From: Patescibacteria group bacterium
GTDB lineage: Bacteria; Patescibacteriota; Patescibacteriia; UM-FILTER-42-10
Assembly (NCBI GenBank): GCA_041664365.1
Contig: JBAYKW010000001.1
Location: 244,465-308,464, forward strand
Direction of reading: 5' to 3'
Length of the DNA: 64,000 nt
Shown here: piece by piece, positions 46,269-56,845 of the stretch
Layout: every line of letters starts with the position of its first letter
Numbering within the stretch: position 1 is the stretch's first letter
Position numbers and translations under genes: made by a program
The notes under the pieces: generated by a model
The model's input: the letters and a program-made list of their open reading frames with translations, nothing else
Databases searched by the model: none
Told to the model about the DNA's origin: nothing

Positions 46269-47405
46269 TTATCTGTGAGACCGCGTTGTTTGTCTGCTAG
46301 TTTGTGTAGAATATTTGGATATATTTATTAAAATTCCAATTGCAGCCATCGAAATAACAATGGCGGAACTTCCGTAACTGACAAAAGGCAGTGGAATACC
46401 GGTCAGTGGCAACAGTGATACCATCGCGCCGATATTGATCACGGCCTGAATAGTAAACCAGCATGTTATCCCTGCGGCAAGTAGTTTACCAAACTGGTCG
46501 GGTGCATTTCTGGCTATCTTAAAACCACGGATCATTAAAATAGCAAATAATGCAATCAGTAAAACTGAAATGATTAAACCCAGTTCTTCCGCAATTATTG
46601 CAAAAATTGAATCGGTTGTTGCTTCTGGAAGATAATTATATTTTTGTCTTGACCTACCTAATCCCAGACCCAATAGACCGCCGGAGCCGATCGCGAGTAA
46701 CGCCTGGTTGATATGATATCCAATCCCCTGCGGATCCAGCTCCGGATTAAGAAATACCGATAATCTGGCCGCTCGATACGGAGCTATTTTTATCAGAATT
46801 GCAAAAAGTGAAATACCACCGGTGACAATCAGCAAAATGTTTTTAATGCTACCCCCGGCAATAAAGAATACCGCAACGGATACCAGTGCTATCACAGTCA
46901 TCGTCCCCAAATCCGGCTGCATCATGATTAATATTGTAATAATTCCTAATAACACAAGAAATGGAACGAATCCATAGGCAAAATCATTCATCAATTTGCC
47001 TTTTTTCGAGAACCAGGTAGCCAAATATATTATAAATGTCAGTTTAGCCAATTCTGACGGCTGGAAGGAAAAAAATCCAAGGTTGATCCAACGGGTCGCG
47101 CCTCCGCTGGAGATGCCGGCACCTGATGCCAGAACCAGAAACAGCGCCAATATTGTTATTGCTAACATCGGTATAGCAAATTTCTGCCATTTTAAATAAT
47201 GGATTTTAGATGCTATAAACATAAACAAAAGCCCCAGCAATACACCGTTAAACAGCTGGTGTTTCCATAGATAGTTACTGTCCTGATAGTTCTGATATGC
47301 AATAACGGAGCTTGCTGAGGAAAGCATAATCAAACCAAAAAAAATGATAATAAATACAATCGCAATTAATACGTAATCCGTTTGACTATGCTGTTCTAAT
47401 TTCAT
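46269..47405 (-). CDS. ftsW: SEDS-family cell division protein (FtsW/RodA)
   Basis: 10-TM SEDS protein between murD and murG. Confidence 0.7.
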   Translation of the reverse strand: MKLEQHSQTDYVLIAIVFIIIFFGLIMLSSASSVIAYQNYQDSNYLWKHQLFNGVLLGLLFMFIASKIHYLKWQKFAIPMLAITILALFLVLASGAGISSGGATRWINLGFFSFQPSELAKLTFIIYLATWFSKKGKLMNDFAYGFVPFLVLLGIITILIMMQPDLGTMTVIALVSVAVFFIAGGSIKNILLIVTGGISLFAILIKIAPYRAARLSVFLNPELDPQGIGYHINQALLAIGSGGLLGLGLGRSRQKYNYLPEATTDSIFAIIAEELGLIISVLLIALFAILMIRGFKIARNAPDQFGKLLAAGITCWFTIQAVINIGAMVSLLPLTGIPLPFVSYGSSAIVISMAAIGILINISKYSTQTSRQTTRSHR

Positions 47406-48781
47406 TTTAATCCTTTTACAATAATTCTGAATTTTTCACCTCGGTCAAATTCATTCTTAAACATATTAAAACTCGCGGCGCCTGGTGAAAATAAGATTGT
47501 TGCATCATTTAAATCATATTTATAAGCGATATCTACAGCCCGTTTTAAGCTTTCTGATTCAATAAATTTAACTTTTTTCTTAATCAATAAAGGCTTCAGC
47601 TTTTCGGTTGCGCTACCTGGTAGTAGCGATAAAAACGTTACACGCTTTTTTATTTCAATTGCCATTTGATTATAGTTCAGCTGTTTATCAACACCTCCCG
47701 CAATCAGAATCAAATTCCCATTAAATGATTTTATTGCTGCGACAGTTGCATCGGGAATTGTTGCCGCTGAATCATTACAAAATTCTTTTCCTTTTAATTT
47801 CCTTAAAAACTCCAATCTGTCCTGAACGCCTTTAAAATTTTCAGCACCCAGTTTAATGAATTTATCCGGGATTCCGATTATTTTTAACGTGGCTACTGCT
47901 GCCAATATATTTTCCAGGTTATGGTCACCTTTAACTCTCAATAAATCAAGTGGCATTATTGCTCTTTCAGTTCCCATATTTCTAAAGACAATCTTTCCAT
48001 TTTTTACAAAAATTCCATTTTCCTCAGTAAAATATTTTTTCGAAAACCAGTACCTTTTTGACACAACTGACTCACCAAATTTTCTGGTATAACTGTTTTC
48101 TTTATTCAATATTACGAAATCATTATTTTTTTGATATTTAAATATATTACTTTTTGCTTCTGCATATTCTTTCATGCCGTGATAAGTATTCAAATGATCC
48201 TGCTTAACATTTGTTACAACAGCGACATGCGGACTAATCCTATGATCTTTTAATATTTCTAAACGCCAGCTAGATAATTCAAAAATAACAATCGAATCTT
48301 TCTTAATCAAACTCAAACGGTCAAGAACGGAAGTCTGATTATGACCAACTATGACAAAATGCCTGCCGGATTTTTTTAGAACACTTTCAACAATAGAAAC
48401 AGTCGTTGTCTTTCCTTTTGTGCCGGTAACCCCGATGATCGGCACACGGCATAACTGAAAAAACAAAGATGCATCGCTTTCAACCGGAATTTTGTTTTTT
48501 CTAGCAATTTTCAGATATTTTGATCCGCTCGGAACCGCCGGATTTTTTATCACAAGATCCACATTTTTGAAATCCTGCTCGCGATGTTTCCCTAACACAT
48601 AATTAATATTTTTTGATCCCAGTTTCTTTATAACCAGAAATAATTCTTTTTTTGTCCTTAAATCTGTCACGGTCAGTTTTGCACCGGTTTTTAACAAATA
48701 CTTAACAACCCCGGCACCCCCTCCAAGCGTACCGAGACCCATGATTGTAATTCTTTTACCTTTAAAATCTGTCGGTTTCAT
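47402..48781 (-). CDS. murD: UDP-N-acetylmuramoylalanine--D-glutamate ligase
   Basis: ITIMGLGTLGGGAGVVKYLLKTGAKLTVTD Rossmann N-terminus, GVTGTKGKTTT P-loop. Confidence 0.8.
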   Translation of the reverse strand: MKPTDFKGKRITIMGLGTLGGGAGVVKYLLKTGAKLTVTDLRTKKELFLVIKKLGSKNINYVLGKHREQDFKNVDLVIKNPAVPSGSKYLKIARKNKIPVESDASLFFQLCRVPIIGVTGTKGKTTTVSIVESVLKKSGRHFVIVGHNQTSVLDRLSLIKKDSIVIFELSSWRLEILKDHRISPHVAVVTNVKQDHLNTYHGMKEYAEAKSNIFKYQKNNDFVILNKENSYTRKFGESVVSKRYWFSKKYFTEENGIFVKNGKIVFRNMGTERAIMPLDLLRVKGDHNLENILAAVATLKIIGIPDKFIKLGAENFKGVQDRLEFLRKLKGKEFCNDSAATIPDATVAAIKSFNGNLILIAGGVDKQLNYNQMAIEIKKRVTFLSLLPGSATEKLKPLLIKKKVKFIESESLKRAVDIAYKYDLNDATILFSPGAASFNMFKNEFDRGEKFRIIVKGLK

Positions 48782-48806
48782 ATCAATAGCAGTATATCAT
48801 TTCAGA

Positions 48807-49562
48807 TTAAATCATTCCAATTATTGCCGCCTGGGCGATATATTTTTCTTTGTCTCTTCGATATGAGGAAAAAAACCTGTCATCGCAATAAGTGCAATAC
48901 GGGGAGATTTCAATATTATTCTCATTTATCCCGGCTTGAATCAGCTGTTTCTTAATTGTGAGCGGTAAATTAACCGCGTTATTTCCGTTTTTAGACTGCA
49001 AAACATCAGGTCCGAGCGAATTTAAGAATTGATCCGCTAAATCTTTACTGACATTAAAATGACATTGGTGAATACCAGGTCCGATATAAACAACCATCTT
49101 TTCAGTTTCACTTTGTGCCTTATTTTTCATAGTATCAATTGCATTTGTAACTATATTATTGATAACACCCCTCCATCCGGCATGTAGCAGTGCAATACAT
49201 TTTGACGTCGGATCAAAAATAAATACAGGAAAACAATCTGCGATTGTCACCATCAAAAAAAGTCCCCTTTCAACTGTTGCCAGACCGTCAAAATTCTGAA
49301 TTAGAGAATTACTTTCAGTGTTATCAATATTTTTATTCGCATTAGTTGTCCATAAAATTTCTCTGCCGTGGACTAATCCTGCGTTTACAACATTTTTTGA
49401 ATTTATATTTAAACTATCAAAAAAACGCTTCCTATTTAGAAACGTTTCATTTTTTGAGACAATAGGATGTTGCAAGGATTGATTGCCGAAATCTTTTGTT
49501 GATACAGCCAGTCTAATTTCTGAAATTTTACTGAATTTCTCTGATGTAATTATTTCCAACAT
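48807..49562 (-). CDS. pgeF: YfiH/PgeF-family (DUF152, laccase-domain) protein
   Basis: ALLHAGWRG and DCFPV motifs characteristic of the family. Confidence 0.7.
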   Translation of the reverse strand: MLEIITSEKFSKISEIRLAVSTKDFGNQSLQHPIVSKNETFLNRKRFFDSLNINSKNVVNAGLVHGREILWTTNANKNIDNTESNSLIQNFDGLATVERGLFLMVTIADCFPVFIFDPTSKCIALLHAGWRGVINNIVTNAIDTMKNKAQSETEKMVVYIGPGIHQCHFNVSKDLADQFLNSLGPDVLQSKNGNNAVNLPLTIKKQLIQAGINENNIEISPYCTYCDDRFFSSYRRDKEKYIAQAAIIGMI

Positions 49563-49565
49563 ATA

Positions 49566-50645
49566 TTATGAATGATCAACAAGCACCAGTATTAACCCCA
49601 GGACAGATGTGACACCGGAAATAATCCAAAATCGCATTACAATTTTTGGCTCCGGCCAACCAATCGCTTCCAGATGATGATGAATTGGGGCAGAAATAAA
49701 AACCTTTTTTCCTTTACGTAATTTCTTGGATGTTAACTGGATGATTACTGATACTGATTCCAATACTAACACTGAGCCGATTATTGGCAATACAATGACT
49801 GAATTTGTCAGCATAGCAACGATGCCCAACGTTGTCCCCAGTGCCATAGACCCGGTGTCGCCCATAATGAACCGGGCCGGCGGAATATTAAACCACAAAA
49901 ATGCTAAAAGACATCCGACAATTACAACACAGAACGTAGCAAGGTTGAACCGACCCTGGATAAATGCAATGACCGCAAACGAAGCAAAAGCTGATAACAA
50001 AGCCCCGCCGGCCAGTCCGTCCAATCCGTCTGTTTCATTGACCGAAAAGGACGTCGCAACAATCACAAAAATTGCAAACGGTATGTACCAAAGCCCGATT
50101 TCAAAATTTCCCATGAAAGGAATATGAATTACATCCCAATCCAGTTTTGCGTAAAACCAATATGATACAAATATTGCGATTGCCGTATACAATAATAACT
50201 TATGCTTAACTGTGAATCCTCCGCCATGCGGTCCAATTTTACGAATATTAAAAACATCGTCAAACAAACCAATAATCGCTGATGCAACTAGTGCTCCTAA
50301 AGGCAGCAGGGTTTCCGGCCGAGTAAGAAAGTTCAGCTTTTCAATAAACGGCACATTGGTAATTTTTCCCAAGTAAAAGAAAAAAAGTGCCAGTATCAAT
50401 GTGGTAAACCAGATTAAAATACCACCCATTGTGGGCGTACCCGATTTTTTCGCATGCAGTTTTGAATAGATTGGAGCGCTTTCGCTGGATCTTATCTGTT
50501 TCCCCAGTTTATATTTATATAAAAAATGCGTCAAAATTGGTGTTAACGCTATTGTCATAATAAAAGCGATCGTCCCCAGAAGAAGTATCTTGATAATATC
50601 GAAATTTGCAGAGAAATCCATATGATTATCTATTAATAAATGCAA
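49566..50645 (-). CDS. mraY: Phospho-N-acetylmuramoyl-pentapeptide-transferase
   Basis: 10-TM; GLFDDV and NETDGLDGLAGG motifs. Confidence 0.85.
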   Translation of the reverse strand: MHLLIDNHMDFSANFDIIKILLLGTIAFIMTIALTPILTHFLYKYKLGKQIRSSESAPIYSKLHAKKSGTPTMGGILIWFTTLILALFFFYLGKITNVPFIEKLNFLTRPETLLPLGALVASAIIGLFDDVFNIRKIGPHGGGFTVKHKLLLYTAIAIFVSYWFYAKLDWDVIHIPFMGNFEIGLWYIPFAIFVIVATSFSVNETDGLDGLAGGALLSAFASFAVIAFIQGRFNLATFCVVIVGCLLAFLWFNIPPARFIMGDTGSMALGTTLGIVAMLTNSVIVLPIIGSVLVLESVSVIIQLTSKKLRKGKKVFISAPIHHHLEAIGWPEPKIVMRFWIISGVTSVLGLILVLVDHS

Positions 50646-50997
50646 GCAGTACTGACGCTAGTGTTAAAAATATATTTACCGGTACAGCAAATAATACCAC
50701 TAATTTGCTCAAAACCCTATTTGATGGATAAAGTATAACACCTGCCAAATAGTTTACCAAAATGATCAGCAATCCGCTGAGCGGAATAATATATATTTCA
50801 TACCAGTCTCCAATTAGATCGATACCGAAGTAAATGTTATAATGAAGATATATTGGATCAAGGGAAGGCTTGATGTACAGGTATAAAACTACCCACGCAC
50901 CAAGATTTATAATCATTGCAACCAACAACCCGATTCCAATAGTCCTATTGTGAAACGGATCTTTAAGTTTTTTTAATAGTCCATCCCGATTATTCAT
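50626..50997 (-). CDS. Small 3-TM membrane protein, unknown function
   Basis: 123 aa, hydrophobic; first gene of the minus-strand dcw block in this window. Confidence 0.35.
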   Translation of the reverse strand: MNNRDGLLKKLKDPFHNRTIGIGLLVAMIINLGAWVVLYLYIKPSLDPIYLHYNIYFGIDLIGDWYEIYIIPLSGLLIILVNYLAGVILYPSNRVLSKLVVLFAVPVNIFLTLASVLLAFINR

Positions 50998-51028
50998 ATT
51001 AAACCAGTTTTAATTTCATTCAATATAT

Positions 51029-52903
51029 TTGTATTCAACTATGAAGGCGACTTCATTTAATTCAAACAGGGTTTACCTGCCGCTTGTTGTACTATTGCTT
51101 GCTGTAATGTTTTTTATGGAATTCACTTCGGCACTTAAGGAGAGTCAGACGATAGATGAAGGTTCGCACTTAGCCAGCGGATATAGCTATATTACGACCG
51201 GTAATTTCAAATTAAATCCAGAACATCCTCCGCTGATAAAGGAAATCAGCGCGATTCCTTTATTATTCCTTCCTATTGAGGCACCGCTTAACCATCCATC
51301 CTGGGAGGAACAGAACCAATGGGAATTCGGACGGCAATTTCTTTATAATAATACAGCAGATGCGGATTTAATTCTACTCCTGGGCAGAATTCCGACAATG
51401 TTGCTTAGTTTACTGCTTGGTGTATTAATCTACAAATGGGCCACACGCATTTGGGGAAGAAATACTGGATTAATCGCATTAATTCTTTATGTTTTTGAAC
51501 CGAATATTTTAGCCCATTCCAGATATGTAACCACTGACCTTGGAGCAACATTGCTTTTCTTTCTAACAATATACTGCCTCGATAGATATTTCATAAGTTT
51601 TTCGCGAAAAAGCTTGTTTTTATTTGTTTTTGTATTTGCCGTAGCCCAATTTGTAAAATTTTCCGCCATTATTCTGTATATATTTTTTATAATATTTACG
51701 ATCCTGAAAACTATCCATAAAAAAACATCTCAGTTTACATTTTCACATTTTAGTAAAATAATACTCTTATTACTATTAATGACGTTTATTCTAGGTTCTT
51801 TTGTATATGGTTTTTCCCGAACAATTCCGTTTACCGATCCGGACGTTCAGTATTTTTATAATAATAAAATATCCGCGGAGGAATTAGCAGAGTTACAGAA
51901 TAATGATCCATTAATAGCAAAACTTCGATCACTTGCGGATCCTTCCACAAAAACCGGCAGTATGCTATATCGTATTGCAGAAAATACAGCAGTTCCCGGT
52001 TATTATTATATTAAAGGGTTATTTACGCTTTTTTCGCACAATTACTGGGGACATATGTCGTATTTGAACGGCAATTTTTCCAATGTCGGATTCTGGAATT
52101 ATTTTCCTGTCACCTTTTTGATCAAAACACCTCTTGCTATGATTATCATTCTTTCACTCGGAATATATTTATTTTTTTTCCGTCATTACAAAAAAAATAC
52201 TATTTCTAAAATTAAAAATGACTTAATAAATTTAATTCCTTCAAAGAATATCAAACATAAACTTCATTTCAGGGAACTTCTAGCAAATATTGCAAAATTT
52301 TACAGAAACATACCATTTACATACTGGCTATTAATTCTTACACCAATATTGTATTTTCTATGGTCCATGACCAGTAAAATAAATATCGGACATCGCCACG
52401 TTTTAATAATTTACCCATTCTTAATTCTGCTATCAGCCAGAGTAATCACATATTTATTTCAAAATAGAAATCGTTACATAAAAATTTTATCATTCATTCT
52501 TCTTTCATGGTATATAGTATCAACCATACTGATCTACCCAAATTTTCTTGCCTATTTTAACGAGTCGATCGGAGGACCTAAAAACGGATCAAAATATGTC
52601 ACCGATTCAAATATTGATTGGGGGCAGGATGTTATCAAGCTTAAGAGGTATCTTGATGCAAATAATATTAATGAATACTATTTTACTTACTTCGGATCGC
52701 TGTGGACATCTTACTACGGAATACCTTTCCAGCCAGTTCCTAGACTTACAAATCAGGAAGAACTGGATAAACTCGATCGAATTGTTGCAATTAGCATATC
52801 TGCCCTTTATTCAAATGACGGAACATACAAAGCACTTCGGAGTATTGAACCTGATGATAGAATCGGATATTCAATAAATATTTACGATTTCAGAAAAAAG
52901 TAA
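51029..52903 (+). CDS. GT39/GT83-like (ArnT/PMT-type) membrane glycosyltransferase
   Basis: N-terminal TM then DEGSHLASGYSY and EHPPLIKEI loop motifs of dolichyl/undecaprenyl-phosphate-sugar dependent GT-C enzymes; about 11-13 TM. Confidence 0.6.
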   Translation: MYSTMKATSFNSNRVYLPLVVLLLAVMFFMEFTSALKESQTIDEGSHLASGYSYITTGNFKLNPEHPPLIKEISAIPLLFLPIEAPLNHPSWEEQNQWEFGRQFLYNNTADADLILLLGRIPTMLLSLLLGVLIYKWATRIWGRNTGLIALILYVFEPNILAHSRYVTTDLGATLLFFLTIYCLDRYFISFSRKSLFLFVFVFAVAQFVKFSAIILYIFFIIFTILKTIHKKTSQFTFSHFSKIILLLLLMTFILGSFVYGFSRTIPFTDPDVQYFYNNKISAEELAELQNNDPLIAKLRSLADPSTKTGSMLYRIAENTAVPGYYYIKGLFTLFSHNYWGHMSYLNGNFSNVGFWNYFPVTFLIKTPLAMIIILSLGIYLFFFRHYKKNTISKIKNDLINLIPSKNIKHKLHFRELLANIAKFYRNIPFTYWLLILTPILYFLWSMTSKINIGHRHVLIIYPFLILLSARVITYLFQNRNRYIKILSFILLSWYIVSTILIYPNFLAYFNESIGGPKNGSKYVTDSNIDWGQDVIKLKRYLDANNINEYYFTYFGSLWTSYYGIPFQPVPRLTNQEELDKLDRIVAISISALYSNDGTYKALRSIEPDDRIGYSINIYDFRKK

Positions 52904-52916
52904 TAATCCTGTTTGA

Positions 52917-52945
52917 TTGACTTTACGGCATTTCTGTGATATAAT
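52917..52945 (+). promoter_or_regulatory. Sigma-70-type promoter for pilB operon (TTGACT-17-TATAAT)
   Basis: TTGACT at 52917-52922, 17-bp spacer, TATAAT at 52940-52945, about 30 nt before the pilB ATG with AGGA 4 nt upstream of the start. Confidence 0.55.
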
Positions 52946-52974
52946 TTTATCGAGTTTTATTCTAAAAGCAGGAT

Positions 52975-54708
52975 ATGCTACTGGAAAAACAAATACAAGA
53001 ATTATTAGTCAACAATAAAGTACTTTCTAGCAAAGAAGTCTTAGCTTCGCTTGATGAGGCAAAAAAGCAAAATCGAGAATGGACAGACCACCTTTATAAG
53101 GAGAAAATCGTCAGTGAAGCGTCTTTATATGAGCTTTACGCAAAATCCCTAAAAGTTCCCTTTATTAATCTTGAAACTCTGACAATCCGCAAAGATATTC
53201 TCAACCTTTTGCCTGAATCTATTGCCCAGACACACAATATAATAGCATTTGATCAGACAGATGATCAGATTAAAATTGCTTCTCTTGATCCTATGGATTT
53301 GGAGATTTTTGATTTTATAAAGAAAAAAACCGGGAAAAATCCGGTCGTATATGTTGCAACACCACAAATGATTTCAGAGGCTTTAAAATCATATCATAAA
53401 GGCCTGAAAGCAACTGTTGATGCTATGACGAAAGAAAAAGATGAAACGACTGATGAATCTACCAAAGGTTCACTGAAAGAGTTGGCAAAAGATCTTCCCG
53501 TAATTAGAATCGTAGATACTATCCTCGAATATGCAATATTTGAGGACGCATCTGACATCCATATAGAACCGGCGGAAAAAGAAGTAATTGTCAGGTATCG
53601 CATTGACGGCGTACTACGGGATGCAATGACACTTCCTAAACAAATCCATTCAGGGATTGTTGCGCGCATTAAGATTTTATCGGACCTCAAACTTGATGAA
53701 CATCGTATGCCACAAGACGGCCGATTTAAAATTACAGCCAAAGAATATAAAGTGTCTTTCCGTGTTTCAATTATTCCGATATTTGACGGTGAAAAAATAG
53801 TACTGCGTCTTTTAGATCAATCTTCACAGATATTAACACTGGAACAGCTTGGTTTTCAGCCAAATCCATTAAAAATTATTAAACGGGCAATTACGAAACC
53901 GCACGGGATGATCTTAGTTACCGGGCCGACCGGTTCCGGAAAAACCACAACCCTGTATACAGTCCTGAATATTCTGAATAGTCCAAAAGTTAATATTTCA
54001 ACCATTGAAGATCCGATAGAATACCGGATGCCGAGAATAAACCAAACACAGGTTAATCCGCGAATTGGATTGACTTTTGCTCAAGGATTAAGAGCACTCC
54101 TCAGGCAAGATCCAAACATCATTATGGTAGGAGAAATTCGAGATCAAGAGACTGCTGAAATCGCAGTTAACTCAGCAATGACCGGCCATTTAGTATTATC
54201 AACTTTACATACAAATGACGCAGTAGGCGCACTGCCCAGAATCCAGGAAATGGGTATTCCGCCGTTTCTGGTAGCGTCCACAACAAATGTCATTGTCGCA
54301 CAACGTTTAGTGAGGAAAGTATGTATTCATTGCATTGAAAGTTACGAATTAACCAAAAAAAATATAACGCAGCTCGAATCACAACTCAACTTCAAGGATA
54401 TTCTGAAAGCCCTGGAGCGGGAGCAGGTCATTGAAAGCGCCGATGCATCATTAGAGTCACTTCTCTTCTATCGGGGTCACGGATGTAAGGAATGTAATCA
54501 CGAGGGTTATAAGGGAAGAATCGGCATATACGAAATTCTGGAAATAAACAAAAAAATGGCTGATTTGATTGTTAACCAGGCGAGTCCTGAACAATTATAT
54601 GATGAAGCAAATAAACAGGGGTTTATAAGCTTGGTTCAGGACGGTTTTATCAAAGCAAAAAGCGGAATCACGACAATCGAGGAAGTGCTCCGTGTAACAA
54701 AGGACTAA
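52975..54708 (+). CDS. pilB: Type IV pilus assembly ATPase PilB (GspE family)
   Basis: N-terminal GSPII domain, Walker A GPTGSGKTTTLY, Asp/His boxes, tetracysteine CxxC...CxxC. Confidence 0.85.
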   Translation: MLLEKQIQELLVNNKVLSSKEVLASLDEAKKQNREWTDHLYKEKIVSEASLYELYAKSLKVPFINLETLTIRKDILNLLPESIAQTHNIIAFDQTDDQIKIASLDPMDLEIFDFIKKKTGKNPVVYVATPQMISEALKSYHKGLKATVDAMTKEKDETTDESTKGSLKELAKDLPVIRIVDTILEYAIFEDASDIHIEPAEKEVIVRYRIDGVLRDAMTLPKQIHSGIVARIKILSDLKLDEHRMPQDGRFKITAKEYKVSFRVSIIPIFDGEKIVLRLLDQSSQILTLEQLGFQPNPLKIIKRAITKPHGMILVTGPTGSGKTTTLYTVLNILNSPKVNISTIEDPIEYRMPRINQTQVNPRIGLTFAQGLRALLRQDPNIIMVGEIRDQETAEIAVNSAMTGHLVLSTLHTNDAVGALPRIQEMGIPPFLVASTTNVIVAQRLVRKVCIHCIESYELTKKNITQLESQLNFKDILKALEREQVIESADASLESLLFYRGHGCKECNHEGYKGRIGIYEILEINKKMADLIVNQASPEQLYDEANKQGFISLVQDGFIKAKSGITTIEEVLRVTKD

Positions 54709-54709
54709 A

Positions 54710-55804
54710 ATGACCACGCCAAAAGAAAAACCAAAGGAAGCAAAGCTCAGTTTTTTCAAGTCCCACAAAAGAATTACTCTAGTTCAAAAACTTTTTTTCG
54801 TACAACAGCTAGAGATAATGGTAAGGACCGGTTTTTCGCTTGCAAAAGCGCTGGAAACAATCAGTCTGCAGGTAGAACATGAGGGATTCAAAAAAACTAT
54901 ATTGCAAATGCGCGAAGACGTTGAAAAAGGCACAACCCTTTCCAAAGCCTCGGCAAAATACCCAAAGATATTTTCCGAAACCTTTGTCAGCATGCTGGAA
55001 GCCGGGGAAGCAAGCGGAAAGCTGGACGAGGTACTCCGCCGTTTAACGATTCAGCTTAAGAAAAGTCATGAGTTAAGATCAAAGGTAAAAAACGCACTTA
55101 CCTACCCTATTATTGTCACAATTGCCATGATCGTAATCGGCATTGCCATGATGATTTTCGTGCTGCCAAATATTACTTCATTATATTCTGACGCTGAGGC
55201 GAATCTGCCACTCCCGACCAAAGTATTGATCGGTCTTAGTGATTTTATGGCTGCTTATGCGATTTATGTTATATTAGGCACAGCGCTGCTTATATTCCTG
55301 ATAATGCGCTATATTAAATCACCATCCGGTAAAAAATTGTTCCACACTTTGCTGTTAAAAATTCCGATTGCATCTCCAATCATTAAAAAGATTAACCTGG
55401 CAAATTTTACCCGGAGTTTAAGCTCACTACTTAAAACCGATATACCGATTGTTGAAACATTTTTAATAATCGCCCGATCATCAAAAAATGTAATATATAA
55501 AGAATACTTGAATCAGGCAGCCGAAGAATTGAAAAAAGGTGTGTCAGTTTGCCAGACACTGGAAAAAAATCCTGACTTGTTCCCTCCTCTTATTACTCAA
55601 ATCATCAATATTGGTGAAGAGTCAGGCACGCTCGACGCGACAACCGAAGATATGGCAATATTTTATGAGGAAGAAGTTGCCAATACCATGGACAATCTGG
55701 CGGCGGTTATCGAACCTGTTTTGATGCTCGTAATCGGAGTTGCTGTCGGTGGCGTCGCTTTAGCGGTTATCATGCCTATTTATTCATTAGTCGGACAAAT
55801 ATAA
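54710..55804 (+). CDS. pilC: Type IV pilus platform protein PilC (GspF family)
   Basis: Two GspF-type repeats with 3 TM; immediately downstream of pilB. Confidence 0.75.
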   Translation: MTTPKEKPKEAKLSFFKSHKRITLVQKLFFVQQLEIMVRTGFSLAKALETISLQVEHEGFKKTILQMREDVEKGTTLSKASAKYPKIFSETFVSMLEAGEASGKLDEVLRRLTIQLKKSHELRSKVKNALTYPIIVTIAMIVIGIAMMIFVLPNITSLYSDAEANLPLPTKVLIGLSDFMAAYAIYVILGTALLIFLIMRYIKSPSGKKLFHTLLLKIPIASPIIKKINLANFTRSLSSLLKTDIPIVETFLIIARSSKNVIYKEYLNQAAEELKKGVSVCQTLEKNPDLFPPLITQIINIGEESGTLDATTEDMAIFYEEEVANTMDNLAAVIEPVLMLVIGVAVGGVALAVIMPIYSLVGQI

Positions 55805-55807
55805 TAA

Positions 55808-56845
55808 ATGTTTGGATTAGATATCAGCGACAGGACATTAAGACTGGTTTCCTTAAAGAAAAAAAGGAAAAAAATTATCATTGAATCAGCAAGTGAGATT
55901 TCAGTTACTCCGGGAATCATTAATGAAGGGGAAATTTCTAAACCGGAACTTTTATTCCCGTTAATTTCCTCACTGATTCATAATGCAAAACCAAAACACC
56001 CAAACTCAAAAAAAGTTGCTGCCTGTGTTCCGGAAAGAAAAAGTTTTATCAAAGTATTACACCTACCAAATGATACAAAATTAACAGACGAAATTGTACA
56101 ATCTGAACTGATAAACCATATTCCCGATGATCTTACCAGTATGTATATTGATTGGAAATCAATAAATAATGACACTGATTTTGAATCTGTGCTTGTTGGC
56201 GCTGTACCAAAGTCAATTGTCGATTCATATCAAGCAGTGATTGCAAAGGCGAAACTAATTCCCCACGTTCTGGAAATAGAATCTTCCGCAATTGTCCGGG
56301 CCATTACACCAGCCAAACCGACTAATCCGAATGAAGGAATATTGATAATCGACATCGGCCTGGACCGGACGAGTTTTATAATATTTGACCATCTGACAAT
56401 TCAATTTACATCAGCAGATACGGCTATTTCCGGAAATCTTATGACTAGCTTACTGATGAAAAACCTCTCTCTTTCATATGAAAAAGCCGAAAAAGCAAAA
56501 AGACTTTGTGGATTAAGTAAAACACTTGGAAAAGGAGCGGTTGCAGCTGTACTCAACGATCAATTTGAAACACTAGTTAGTAAAATAAAACAGATTATTT
56601 CATTCTACCAGGACCACTATACGGATAAGAGTCATATCTCAAGCATATTATTAACTGGCGGCGGTGCAAATCTTATTGATCTGGAAAATAAACTTATCAC
56701 AAAATTAAAAATAAAAATTCAGAAGGGTGATTCTCTACTGAATGTTACCCAAAATAATGTGGATTTTATAAATGCTAAAACGCAGACGTCCTATACAACG
56801 GCAATAGGGCTGGCGCTTAGAGGCCTGGAATATGATAAATCTTAA
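55808..56845 (+). CDS. pilM: Type IV pilus assembly protein PilM (actin-like ATPase fold)
   Basis: MFGLDISDRTLRLV N-terminus typical of PilM, about 345 aa, precedes PilN/PilO-like genes. Confidence 0.6.
   Translation: MFGLDISDRTLRLVSLKKKRKKIIIESASEISVTPGIINEGEISKPELLFPLISSLIHNAKPKHPNSKKVAACVPERKSFIKVLHLPNDTKLTDEIVQSELINHIPDDLTSMYIDWKSINNDTDFESVLVGAVPKSIVDSYQAVIAKAKLIPHVLEIESSAIVRAITPAKPTNPNEGILIIDIGLDRTSFIIFDHLTIQFTSADTAISGNLMTSLLMKNLSLSYEKAEKAKRLCGLSKTLGKGAVAAVLNDQFETLVSKIKQIISFYQDHYTDKSHISSILLTGGGANLIDLENKLITKLKIKIQKGDSLLNVTQNNVDFINAKTQTSYTTAIGLALRGLEYDKS

Noticed and set aside
50998-51028. Strand-switch point (all-minus to all-plus) as a possible replication origin
   Set aside because: Only 31 bp of intergenic DNA; no DnaA-box clusters, AT-rich unwinding element or dnaA/dnaN nearby
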